Origin: Neoechinorhynchus agilis
Taxonomy: Eukaryota > Animalia > Acanthocephala
Direction: 5' to 3'
NCBI GenBank assembly: GCA_051530055.1
Contig: CM121341.1
Coordinates: 3,090,151 to 3,154,150, forward strand
Length of the DNA stretch: 64,000 bases
Shown here piece after piece: positions 11,625 through 23,459 of the stretch; position 1 is the stretch's first letter; each line of letters opens with the position of its first letter. Position numbers and translations under genes: made by a program. The notes below the pieces were generated by a model that saw nothing but the letters and a program-made list of their open reading frames with translations, had not been told where the DNA came from and did no database searches.

Positions 11625-14295
11625 TTAAACTGCTTCACTATCAATTTTTTCTCTTGTCGGTTTAGCCCATTCGCAGGTTTCGCCTGATCCAAGAAGTGCA
11701 AAAACAAAGCCAGACAGAAACATTGAACACGAATAGACCATCATTACAATCTTCCATCTTGCTATAATGTCATCTGGATCAGTGCCAATGATAGTCGATG
11801 CAACTGTAGGTGAAAAGAAACCCGCAATGGCCGACATTGTGTTACCGAGACCGAAAACAATACTTGAGAATGGTCCTGATATATCAGAAACTGATACAAA
11901 GTATCCTCCGGCCATTGTTAATGACCTAAATAGCCCGAGAGCTAAGCATTTCTCGTTTAAATAGCATATTTACATGAAGAATCCAGTTAATTGAAGGAGA
12001 AGAACCGCGTAAACTCTGTTTTTTCGTCGGATAAATGCAGTTGTTAGCATTGATAATCCCATTAAGAAGGAACCTTCGAATATGATTAATATAATCAATG
12101 AAAAAAATGCAACAATTATTTATTTTTCAGCTAATTCAAATACAATTTGCTTCGATAGATATTTTTCCATGCACGGCCGAATGGACAGACAGTCTCCCGA
12201 TTTTTGGTCTGGGGAGCGCTGGTCTGCGCTCAATGCCCAAGACCGAACGGTTATAAGTTTGTACATCCCTCCGGATTCTCAGATAGCTCGAGGAGGCTTG
12301 AGAGGACTGACTGTCCATTCGGCCGAGTATGGAAAAAATATCTATCAAAAGACTGCCGGCTGAGCCACATATAAAAAAATTCTAAAAACAATTTGGTTCG
12401 TTTAATTTTAATGATTGCGGAATTTTTATATGAGAGGTTTTTACGTTTAATTAACAAAATTCGCATCCTTACTTGTCTTATTATTTTTCGAAAGTTCTTA
12501 AAATGCCTACAAATAAGAGAAGTCGAAAATTTTACAGCTTAAATATACTTGTGTTCTTTAAATTTAAAGATGCAATGAAGTTTACACTCATTTTTCATTG
12601 ACTAAAATCACGAATTTCGATTTTAAGTGAACTTACTTGCGGTTTGAAACAATTTCCTGCAATTATTTCTCGACATAAAGTGTTTATTGATTATTAAGTC
12701 TGATACGTATCCATTTAGAGTGCATCCGAACATCGAGATCACATGTGGAAGTGCGGAATATATACTCATTTCATCATATGAATATCTAAGCGCTTCCCTC
12801 AAATACATTGGAATAACAGTGTAGGTGGCATAGAGACCAAAATCAAAGAAAGTCATGGTAAAACAAAGTCCCCACACTTCTTTAGATCTCAACAGTTGTA
12901 GCCACGGTACCGGCTAGTTTAGTGTTTAGATTAAAGGTTCAAACTAATTTGCGCAAACCGGCACTTCAATTCGATCTGATCCATCTGTCAATTCAGAAAT
13001 GAAATCTCGTTCAATCGCTGAGATTTTTTTAGATGTTGTAGGCGACCTGGATCCATAAATATACCAAAAAACAAGCCACACGAAACCGCAGAGACCTGAG
13101 ATTTTTAACGTATTGCGTAATGGAATTGATTTTTTATACATACCAAGAATATAGAAAAATATTGCCCATCCTGTTATATAGAAAACTGGTCCATTTAAAA
13201 CTTTACAGAACTGTCCTCCGGCATATAAAGACAGAACAGTTCCAAGAGATGAGCTTGATCCCTGGAGACCTAGTAGTGTCGCCTTCTCCGTCTTTGGAAA
13301 CCATACAGCCGCTAATCCGTACAAAGACGGCCATATTACGGCTTGGCCTAGACCAACGATCACTCGTGTGAGGAACAACCATTTGTAGCTTAGATTGGCA
13401 GCGAATGGTCCAATCAATGTGGCCAAAGAAGATAATGCAGAAAAGAAAGCCATTGTCTTAAAGGCATTTGTTCTGGCTACTAAGTATCCACCAGCGAATT
13501 GAAGAAGGGCGTAACCAATGTAGAATGCTCCCAAAATAAGGCCATTTTTGCCTTTCCAACTGTAATATCCATTTCCCTGTTCAGTAATGTGGTTATCAGT
13601 CGAATGCTCTCGAAGAATATAGGATGTACGTTTGTGGAGTCTTATTATTCTAAGAGTAAGTTTTCGATATGTGATTGACAGCTACGTTATCTCTTTTGTC
13701 ACACACACACCGGTGATTTATTACAGAAAAACCATTTTAACTTTCTATTAAACAAATTTCAACGAAATAAAGTTTCAGGAGCGTCCGGCAATCAATTGAC
13801 AATGTAATCATAATAAAAAGTTTTTTCTGAACGACTAAAATAGCAAACATTTGCTAGATCTTTGAAGAAAAATCAGACATCCTGTCTGATATAATCATAA
13901 AATAAATGTCAAATTTTTTGATTCAAATAAGTCGATATGCTCATTTCTTTTTAAAAGGAAACTCCGCGACCTCCATAACTTACCAAATCATCTTTGACCA
14001 TACATACAATAATCGAACTTAGACCATTTCGCTGTCCGTAAGTTATCATAATACCAACGGAGAGCAGAATAGTGATCAGAAATCGGAATGAAGATATAAG
14101 TTTCACTAAATGCATATTTGATTGGAGAGTATGTAAATAAATATGGAACCCTTATTCGCTTTAAACGTTGGAGAATTCAATCGCTGTTCTGAGCAAGGAG
14201 ATAGCTTAATTGAAGCGATTGTATTTTTTTATCAAACCATCAAATGGGTCGTCGGTTTTGCTAGTTGTATCTGGTGCCACATCAACAATATCCAT
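11625..14295 (-). CDS. SLC17-family (sialin / anion:cation symporter-like) MFS transporter, multi-exon
   Basis: Exon 1 14295-14238 (MDIVDVAP...) and exon 2 14105-13984 (FRFLITILLSVGIMITYGQRNGLSSIIVCMV). Later exons carry YSW...GLILGAFYIGY, TRVIVGLGQAVIWPSLYGLAAVWFPKTEKAT, VPWLQLLRSKEVWG, SRNNCRKLFQT and GNTMSAIAGFFSP...SGETCEWA, which are characteristic SLC17 motifs. Confidence 0.88.
12154..12346. repeat. Foldback hairpin (~44-bp arms, ~105-nt spacer) in an intron of the SLC17 gene
   Basis: gatagatatttttccatgcacggccgaatggacagacagtc pairs with gactgactgtccattcggccgagtatggaaaaaatatctatc, with a few mismatches. Confidence 0.85.
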
Positions 14296-16463
14296 TTTTT
14301 AAATAAATGTAACTGAGTGGACACTGGAAAATTGGTTTGTAAAGGAAATGCTCCGTTTTTGATATTTCTGCACGTCTTTCTGTTAAAAAAAGGTGAATAA
14401 AGGACAAAGCAAGCACAAATTAAGATAGCTTTTATGTTTTTTAGAGGAGATAAGGGAAACAGAGCATCTATGGTTCTTATATACTTGGCCGTAACACTAG
14501 ATTTGAAGATCCCGATTCATCACTTATCAAAATACCAAAGATAGACGCTATCCAATGCTGCAAAAAAGTATATCACTGTCATTTATGACAAATACGAATC
14601 CGAAAATATCACTCGCGAATATTGACATTTACGAAGTGCTAAGCAAGTCGAAATGTACAGGACTGTTATTCGTTCACATAAGTCATTCCAAGTTTTATTC
14701 TTTGCTATGTTAAAAACTCTAATAATCTTGACCTAAATAATGTGTGAAACACACAATCCCCTTTTTTTAACTAGACTAAATTTAAACGAGTGATGCAGAA
14801 ATGCTTCTCATTAGCTTAAAGGCATTTAATGAATTTTGTCGTCTAGAGCAATATCCGCTTCCGTCGATTGAGAAAAGTTTATGTTATAAATCCACGAATT
14901 AAATGTCTAAACTTTAAAACAAGAATAAAGCATCTTTAAAGAAAAACTTCTGCTCTAGTTCAAATATGACCATAGGAAGCAATACGGAACACTAACTACT
15001 CTTTGCTTAAAGCGTGTTTTAAATAATTCCGCATAATTACTTTTTTTAGAAATAAAACAACGATCTGGAGAAATATCGGGTTTAACCAAATCGATCAATT
15101 TCGGGTTTTGACTATAAAATCAAACACGCAAATCATTGAAGTAGAAAGATTAAGAACAAATTGATATTTAGTTTTTATTTTAGTGTCAAACGTTAAACAA
15201 CCGCTTTGAAATTTTAAACTATGATAAAGCAACTAAAAACCCTTGTTTTGTAAAATATTTTACCTTATATAAACATTTTATAATCGAAATAGATGATATT
15301 TTTAGTGACTTTTGTGCTGAACCGTGAGAATTTTCGTTTATTAAAAGGCAAAACCAAGAAAATGCGAAATTATCAAAATCACAATTCACACGATCAAAAC
15401 AAAGTTCTTCTTTCAATAATTAACGATATATTTTTAGGCAATAAACTAATGTCGATATCATATTGTCCATTTATTTTCACTGATTTCGCATGTATTTAAT
15501 GTCATTAAATAAATGCTAAGGATCAAAAATGGACGAGTCACGAATTTTGCATGGTTTATTTTAGGGGACCAATGTTAGAGGCAACGGGTAAAATTTTGAG
15601 CAATGAAAGGCGAGCTTATGATAGGATTTGCTATTTTGGATAAAATACCACCGCGAAATAAGTTTATTATGCCGCTCTGGTTGATTGGATTAACTAAACG
15701 CCATAATGCCTGTTTCTGCGAGCTTTAATTAATCGAATTTTAATATATTCAGAACATTTTTACAGTTTAGAATGTTTTAGTCGCATGATTGGATTTAAAA
15801 CATCGAGAAATCGGATTGCTCATGAAAGTGGTCGATAACGCAACGTTGAATCAAAAAAGGAATGTAAGCGAAACAATATTTGGAATAAATTCATCAAAAA
15901 GTATAAATTTAAAACTTAAGCAGTGTTCGCTTCGTTTGGCTTTAAACATTTGGGAATTCCTTTTCGAGCTTCAAATACTATTCAGACAACTAAATGTTGG
16001 CTTAGTGATAAGAATCCGTCAAGTTGAACAACGGACATTTTAGACAAATATTATTTATCTGTTCATCTCCAAAAACGCAATGCGCCTCATTATAAAATAT
16101 CAACAACTGAATACAATCTCTAAGCTATTTTTTAAATAAAATTATGAGAACTTGACATTATAAGACATGAGAATGTTGAACGTTCATCAACTGCACTCAA
16201 CCAAATATAAGTCATTTGCAAGTAAAACGAGTCCATAAATCATCATAAGAAACTGGTACAACTTTTTCATCCGAAATAATTATTTTCAAAACAAATTCGA
16301 GATTATAAAACCAGGCTAGAAAAAGATTCTGAACCAAAGCGAGGCGTGAACTAGTAGCTGCTTTGTAATAATTTCAATCGTTTTTAAATACGGCAACAGA
16401 TTAATCTTATTTTACACTTTTTGTAGTGTTTGAAGATTGAATTGTTCATATTGGTTGTTTGCA

Positions 16464-16588
16464 GGCACAGAAATTAAAATGATTTTATTTTTAAAATCCA
16501 ACATTGCGGCACAATCTTGTGCCTTTAGCGACCTTGATAAAGGCACAAGAATCGGATTTTAAAATAAATTCATTTTAATTTCTTTGCC
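16464..16588. repeat. MITE-like foldback element (~35-bp outer arms plus a 13-bp inner stem)
   Basis: ggcacagaaattaaaatgattttatttttaaaatcc versus ggattttaaaataaattcattttaatttctttgcc; inner stem tcttgtgccttta / taaaggcacaaga. Confidence 0.8.
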
Positions 16589-16815
16589 AGAAAATAACTA
16601 TCCTTTGTAGTCAGAACGGACGATCGACTATACACAAGAGGATGGAATTTTGTTGTTAACATTTAAATGAACATAAATTTATAAGTGCATTTGTGCCTTG
16701 GATGGTACATACCATTTCGTAATTTTTTCTCGAAGAGATTAAACTCAAATTAGTTTGAACGGAGACTACCATTTGTTCCAATTGCGATGCGCCTCATTAT
16801 ACGCTATTTTCATTC

Positions 16816-17456
16816 ATTCACATCAACATTTTCTTTATTAATAAATTATAATTCCACTTAACTTATTCTAAGGTAACATCTCACCAATTAATGACCTACC
16901 TTCCAAGAGTTCATATTCGACACTTTCATTCCTGTCCGTCCTAAACGTTCAAAAGTGAATTGAACATTCGATAGAAAATTGTTACCTTCTAGGGCAGTAG
17001 AATCTTACAATTAAATATCCGATACAAAGAAGTGCTATTGAACTAAGAACGAAGGTCGTTGTTTTCAGTAAAGGTCTCAAATGATTAAAAGTATTTGTAG
17101 CTACCACTTGAGTTGTAGTGTCGTCTTAAGAATTTTAGGCAAAGTTTACAAGAAAAAAGAACTTTTTGTACGTTACCTGTCAATGTTTTCGTTGGAAGCG
17201 CAATGGAATAAATAATAACAATAAAAATAATAAAAAGCCTTTGAAGAATCATCGCTTTTCTGGCAAACTGCAGAGCGAATGAGGGTATTTTCCTTGCGCC
17301 AAAAACGATCATTGAATTATCCAATATTTAAAAAAAAATCTTTTTTTATAGGCTTTAGTTTTTAAATCCAAATCTTTTCTTATTTAATCCGAATTTCGCA
17401 CCTAGTCAAAAAATTCTTCCAACAAATAAAACGCAAAATCCATGTGGCTAAGAACT
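16816..17456 (+). repeat. ~640-bp repeat, left copy (inverted partner at 25459-26100)
   Basis: The reverse complement matches 25459-26100 along its length; I saw only two substitutions, both near the inner end. Confidence 0.95.
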
Positions 17457-17699
17457 AAATAACAATCCACGGCAATTAAAGCCTTTCATTAGTTTTAAAA
17501 ACATCGAAGCAAAAGCCTTATTATCAGCACAATCTCGACGTTCAAATTACACATTGCAGAATTTAATTTTCGTATAATAGACTTTTTATTTATCATTTAG
17601 AATGCTATTCGAGGTAAGCAAATTGAGCAAAATGAGTACGATAAATTGATAAAAACCAATTATTCTTAAACAATCTCGCGATGACAACTCATCAGGTTA

Positions 17700-19560
17700 T
17701 TAATTTTCAATGACACTTCGTAAAATAACTCAAAAACAACCTAGGGCCAATCACAGCTCGTCAGTTCTTCAACGCTCGTCCAACGGAGTATTTTCATTCG
17801 TTCTTCAAAAAGCCTAAAAGGACGGGAGTTAACCAACTTAGCCAACTCTGTATCGAAGGCTGAGAAGAAGACTGTTCCGTATCGACGTTGGTTAAAAACA
17901 TTACATGTCCTGTCCTTTCATCTGCGGTTTTTGCCAAGTTAAAAAGACTACTCAAAACCCAATTCAGAAACCGCCGCGATTTCTCAGACATACTCAACTT
18001 CCAATTTCCCCATCACACTCAACACCATCGAATCAAAGATCTCCAAGCTGTTAGGAACCGGTTACAAAAAAAATTGATTCAACAACTCATCAGACTTCAT
18101 TATCAAAGCCTACATCAAGCAAAACACTAACACAGGATTTATTTTTGTTTTTAAATGAATTATTTTAGCACTTTCGGCGGTCGAAGAAATTTTGTTTTAC
18201 ATCAGAGAAGTGATATGACCACTTAAACTCTGATGAACAGTTAAGAATTCGTACATCTCTCCGGATCCTCGGATACCTCCAGGAGGCGGGACTCGTCAAT
18301 GTAAAACATAAAATTCGACTGCCGAAAGTGCTAAAATAATTCATATAAAAATAAATATATATTTGCGGTCGAGAAAATCAGCTGACAATCCAACAAATGA
18401 TACTAAAACAGGAGATACAAGCTCTTTACTTCACAACTTCCTTTTCGAATCTATCCACATAAAAATTATCGTAATCAATAATAAAACTCTAACCACACGA
18501 TTAAAACAAACGAACACACAAGCATCTTTCAAGCCCTAAAATCTCAAACAGTATCCGACTCTCCAACTTCTTTGACTATGCGCGCCTCCACCAGCGCCCG
18601 ATAAAAAACCTGTTCATCAAATCGTGAATGATCCAAGTCGTTCCTATCATATTGCAAATCACTCATTCTAACATAAATCTTCGATTTACTTCGGGACTTC
18701 TCTCTTTGGGATAATCAGTCCATCGAGGTCGAAATCTTGTATCGATCCTTCCCTTCCTTTATCACCCAAATCACCAGCCAGCTCCCTCATTTTCACCCCC
18801 AAAAAGATGAAATTTCACTCATTTCATCTACCTCAAAAGCCGACGTAGTCATCTCAACAGAAACGTGGCATGCCCCCTTCAACAGCGATTCAGCCATCCT
18901 TCCCGGTTACTCTTCCTTCCATACCGCGATAACCGCCCAGGAGTGGGATCTCAATTTACGTACGGCAATCGTTACCTTTATCCTTCACAGGCTCTCTTCA
19001 AAACCCCGATTTAGAATTCATCGCAGTCCATTTCATAGCTCCTCTGAGAAACGGCCTTAGAGAATTCACCATTCCTGGCGTCTATTGTCTTCCGACCTCT
19101 CAACTTGAGTCCTCCTTGCTGCAAATTGACTCTATGATGGAGCTCATAAACTCTACAAATTCGCACCATTTCTTAATCGCAGGGGACTTCAATAATCTAT
19201 TTCCTCTTCTACCGTTCTCCGAATTGCTTCAACGTATCGTCTTCCCAACTCGTTTTGACGCTCACCTCGACAAAGCGTTTACAAATATCTACGACCACTC
19301 ATCCGCCTCTAAACTCTCTCTCCCCGCGAACTCCGACTATTCCTCTGCCCTTATCACTCGTTCCATTCCACCCCAGCGGCAAAAAATCTCCCCGTTTACC
19401 CGTCTGCCATAAACGGGATCATAACATCTACAATTCCGCTACTTTTTGCATTCTGACCAATCTTCTCGGATATAATGACACGAATTCCCACTTGACCGAA
19501 CCCGTCATCCACTCCAAAATAAACAGCCACGTTCATTTAAACGCATTCTACTCTGAACAA
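17700..19560 (+). mobile_element. Decayed CR1/L2-like non-LTR retrotransposon: ORF1-like remnant, APE endonuclease, then a jump straight to the 3' end (RT region deleted)
   Basis: APE motifs DVVISTETW, FLIAGDFN, PTRFDAHLDKAFTN and SDY at 18737-19412. 19455-19540 matches the LINE 3' ends at 22280-22420 (aattcccac..gaccgaacccgt.atccactccaaaat). The 5' boundary is approximate. Confidence 0.78.
18156..18343. repeat. Foldback hairpin (~47-bp arms) inserted between the LINE ORF1-like and ORF2 remnants
   Basis: tgaattattttagcactttcggcggtcgaa versus ttcgactgccgaaagtgctaaaataattca (1 mismatch in 30), extending to ttttacat/atgtaaaa. Confidence 0.85.
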
Positions 19561-19638
19561 TAAAATGTGTTATTATTACGCTGAATTCCGTCTTCGCGAT
19601 TTTTGTACAAAATTTTATTAAAAATCAAATCGATAAAT

Positions 19639-19798
19639 ATATTGACAATGTTATCTATGTGTGGCCTTTTTCACGGCTCCCTGGACTAGATCGGTGGAAT
19701 GTGTGCCCAATGAAAAAATGATCAGCCGTGAAAAAGGCTACACATAGATAGATACTGAAAAGTTACTGGATGGCCAGACTTAAAAAATATTGACAATG
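19639..19798. mobile_element. Short insertion: 27-bp inverted repeats, a one-sided tail ending in an A-run, and a 12-bp flanking direct repeat
   Basis: Arms 19652-19678 and 19724-19750 (1 mismatch); atattgacaatg at 19639-19650 and 19787-19798. Confidence 0.7.
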
Positions 19799-20040
19799 AT
19801 TTCAATTTTGTCAAAAAATCGTGACTTTCTGATTCTCTAATTGCAAATTTTATCAATAATAATTTCCCTTATTTGTGATATGAATTTTTGACGACATTAA
19901 ATGTAAAGATTTTTCACGTAAATGGAGTTCAAATCAATAAAGAAAAATCCCGGTGATGCCGTTGTTTGCGTTAACAAATATCGTTAAAAGATATACTTTT
20001 TATTTATTAATCGAGTTTCATGCTGCGATTTGCCAAAATA

Positions 20041-20589
20041 TCACCGCGAGTGACCGTTCGGATGTTCAGTTTCTGCTTCCCGGCTTGTCTTTGTTTTCGG
20101 TCGAACTTCAAAATTAACTTTCTGATCTCTTGCGAATGATTGATCACGGCAGTTTGACGAGTCCTTCCTTACGAAATTGAACTCACCTTCATTTTTCGTT
20201 TCATCACAGAAAAATCGACTGTGTTCCCGATTGCAGCTCTTTATTAAATTTATGAGTGCAACATCCACTTCAATTGATTCGGTAGAAGAACTTAACTGTT
20301 TGGAATTTCTAAGATCGCAATCGCCTAAATTTTCATTATCGGAATGATCAACGTCCACGGATTCCACGATCTCTTCATCGATTTTGTGATCTATGCTAAC
20401 ATTTGAAACTGAATCTTCTTTAAAATAAAAAGCTGCTTCGTGTTTAGAATTATTGAGTTCACTTTCAAACATCCGATCCTTTTGAAGATTTGCATTTGGA
20501 AAAGTATTTATTTCTTCTAACGGGGTTTGATCAGCTTCTCTGGTGGTTTTTTCGGATTCCTTCCGATTTCTGCACCCACAAACACCCAT
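20041..20589 (-). CDS. Orphan ~182-aa acidic protein with an N-terminal MGVCGC (candidate myristoylation/palmitoylation anchor)
   Basis: Uninterrupted ORF with protein-like composition in AT-rich surroundings. ATG at 20589 gives MGVCGCRNRK. No domain recognised. Confidence 0.5.
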   Translation of the reverse strand: MGVCGCRNRKESEKTTREADQTPLEEINTFPNANLQKDRMFESELNNSKHEAAFYFKEDSVSNVSIDHKIDEEIVESVDVDHSDNENLGDCDLRNSKQLSSSTESIEVDVALINLIKSCNREHSRFFCDETKNEGEFNFVRKDSSNCRDQSFARDQKVNFEVRPKTKTSREAETEHPNGHSR

Positions 20590-21495
20590 AACCAATTGTT
20601 TCGCTCAATACACCAACTCACCTCGGTCCAAAATGTGATTGGTATCGAATATAGAAATGGGAAACAAACATGTTTAACCGTGATCGATCGATGATAACGG
20701 ACTTGTTTATGGTGGAAAAATTGAAAGGAAATTTATTAAATCCGATTGATTTCGAAGGCAAAGCATTGATCGCATTCATCAAGGTCTAAAATCCACACTT
20801 TGGAGATTGCTAAATTCACAATATTCTGAGATTCAGTTTAAACTTCGTCTTATTCGCTTTTGTCTACTGTTTCAACCTGGCGAATTATGGCTCGCGATCT
20901 GATTTGGATTCACTTTGCGCAAACGTGGCCTTGTTGCCGAAAAATAATCGAAACCGGCGTCGGCGTCTCTCCTCAGAGCATATTTTTTGTAAAAATTGTT
21001 TAGGATTTAACGCATTCGATGCAAGGATCGTTTCTTCACCAAGGATCTTAATGGTTTAGTTTTCTTGGTGTAGATAAAACAATTTGGGTCTTTGGACGCA
21101 GCTCCTTTTTATCAGATTGTTAATCGAAGTGAATAGTTTATCTGTTTTCTTTGGAGAATATGTTTAAAAAATATTATTCGTATCAGTATGCCAAAGGCGG
21201 CTGGCTACCTTGCAAGAAATTGCTTTGGTTAAGCCCTGTAATCTTAAGCCAACCGAAATGAACCAGAGGAAAGACCCCGCACCACCGGACCCGCCATTCA
21301 CTCCAAAATTCACAACATCTTTCAAAGAATCTACAAAACGTTTATGGTAGTGTGTTTGTGAAATGGTTCCTCTACTTTGTTTCAATAAACGCGTTCAATA
21401 AAATAATAAAATCACACGAGCAAGAAATAAAATCGGCAAGATTCAAAAATTGCGTTATCCTCAAAGAACTTTTATAATTTATTCGATATTTTTAC

Positions 21496-21894
21496 TCACT
21501 CCTGCGTTTGAGTAGCGGACTCTTCAAAACATCTCGGGTTTTCAATTTCTCTCAAATGATGAAATGGCGCAAACTGGATCGGTTGTAAGATAAGGCTCTG
21601 GCGGGAGAATGGACTATACATTCGGACGTAATTATCATAATCAGCGCAGACATGAAGGTATCCGAAGGAAGTGTTTTCGGTTGATGGATGGTTAGATTCA
21701 TCTGAGTAGGTTGAAGCATGGGTTCGCCTGTTGTTAAACAACCTGGACAGTCGCTTTCTCATTGAGTTGGATATTGAGAATCTATTGCATCGTCGGGATC
21801 GTGGCCCATTAAACGTTGTTGAATCGGTGTAATAGACGTTAGAAACTCGTGGAGTAGAACCGGTTTTCTTGCAAAACAGCTTCTTGAACTCCAT
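21496..21894 (-). CDS. Orphan ORF (~132 aa), possibly spliced onward into the 21164-21385 frame
   Basis: ATG at 21894 (MEFKKLFCKK...). A GTGAGT donor overlaps the stop codon, and an A-rich acceptor leads in phase into GTISQTHYHKRFVDS. Confidence 0.35.
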   Translation of the reverse strand: MEFKKLFCKKTGSTPRVSNVYYTDSTTFNGPRSRRCNRFSISNSMRKRLSRLFNNRRTHASTYSDESNHPSTENTSFGYLHVCADYDNYVRMYSPFSRQSLILQPIQFAPFHHLREIENPRCFEESATQTQE

Positions 21895-22199
21895 ATTGAA
21901 CAATGAACAGCAGAAAAACAGTTTTTACTTTACAAAATAATTGAGTCACATTGTTCATTCACTATTTGTGAAATAACGAAAATGGCACGGTCGCGTCTTT
22001 TATTTCTATTTTCATGGGAGCAATGAATGAGTTAGCAATTAGATCACTTATGTGAATGGGAAAGTTGACGTTCTGGAGCTGGGATCAAGTTATCTTTAAG
22101 AAAAACTCGTAGTCCCTTTATAAATCGAAAATATAAGGCGAAACGTCCTTTGAAAACCTGAATTGGTTTATATCCGAAATATAAAATATCGTATGTCTT

Positions 22200-23410
22200 C
22201 AACTTCTTTTTAACAAAAGTGCCAAGACTTGGATTATCGATAAAATCGATTTTTTTAGAAACACGGAAAGCAGATTTGTTAAATGAATGCGGTTGTTGAT
22301 TTTGGAGTGGATTACGGGTTCGGTCGGGTGGGAATTGGTATTTATTGCTTGCAGGAGCGTTTGTAAGGTTGGTCTTTCCTCAGGTTCATTTCAGTTTATG
22401 ATATCCGAGAAGATTGGACATCATGGAAAAAGGAGTAGAGGGAGTTGCGAGGGAGAATGAAAACAATTCGGATTGCGAGTTTTGTGCTCATGTGAAAAGG
22501 AGAATAAAAAGTTGTAAAAATGGTGGTGGTGTGGTTGAGAGGCGTTTTGATTGTTTGATGAAAATAGCATCAAGGCATTCGGCGAGAGGGGGAAAATCAA
22601 CTGTGCAAATTTTAGATGCTCTTTTATGAAGAATTTCAAGACGACGAATTTGAGATTTGGAAAGGTTACAAAAGACGAGATAACCGTAGGTGAGGGAGGG
22701 TAAAATAAATGAACTCCCAATGTTCAGAGCGAAGATTCTTAAAAGCAAATCGTCAATTTTTACTTCTTTGTTTCAATATAAAGTTTGGAAAAAGTGCAAA
22801 GGCATGGATTATCGATCGTTTTTAGAAATACGGAAGGCAGATTTGTTAAATGAATGCGGTTGTTGATTTTGGAGTGGATTACGGGTTCGGTCGGGTGGGA
22901 ATTGACAGATATTGTTTGAAAGAGCGCTTGAAAGGTTGGTCTTTCCTCAGGTTCATTTCAGTTTATGATATCCGAGAAGATTGGACATCATGGAAAAGGG
23001 AGCAGAGGGAGTTGCGAGGGAGAATGAAAACAATTCGGATTGCGATTTTTGTGCTCATGTGAAAAGGAGAATAAAAAGTTGTAAAAATGGTGGTGGTGTG
23101 GTTGAGAGGCGTTTTGATTGTTTGATGAAAATTTTGTAAAGATATTCGGTGAGAGGGGGAAAATCAACTGTGCAAATTTTAGATGCACTTTTATGAAGAA
23201 TTTCAAGACGGCGGATTTGAGATTTGGAAAGGTTACAAAAGACGAGATAACCGTAGGTGAGGGAGGGTAAAATAAACGAACTCCCAATGTTCAGAGCGAA
23301 GATTCTTGAAAGTGAATCATCAGCCTTTTCTTTGTTTCAACATAAAGTTTTGAAAAAGCGTAAAAACGTGGATTATCGATAGAAATCAATCTTTTTTAGG
23401 GACACGGAAG
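22200..23410 (-). repeat. About 2.3 tandem copies (period ~565-575 bp) of a LINE 3' fragment plus flank
   Basis: ggattatcgat recurs at 22231, 22806 and 23370. The minus strand encodes SFILPSLTYGYLVFCNLSKSQIRRLEILHKRASKIC, the post-RT C-terminal motif of CR1/L2-type LINEs. Confidence 0.85.
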
Positions 23411-23459
23411 AAATCATGTAAGCTGTATGGTTTGCCAAAAGTTCGTCTTTGAAAGGTTA

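Noticed and set aside
16816-17456. Helitron, CACTA or MULE identity for the 640-bp repeat
   Set aside because: No TC...CTRR ends with a subterminal hairpin, no matching 2-3 or 9-bp TSD outside the pair, and no transposase sequence.
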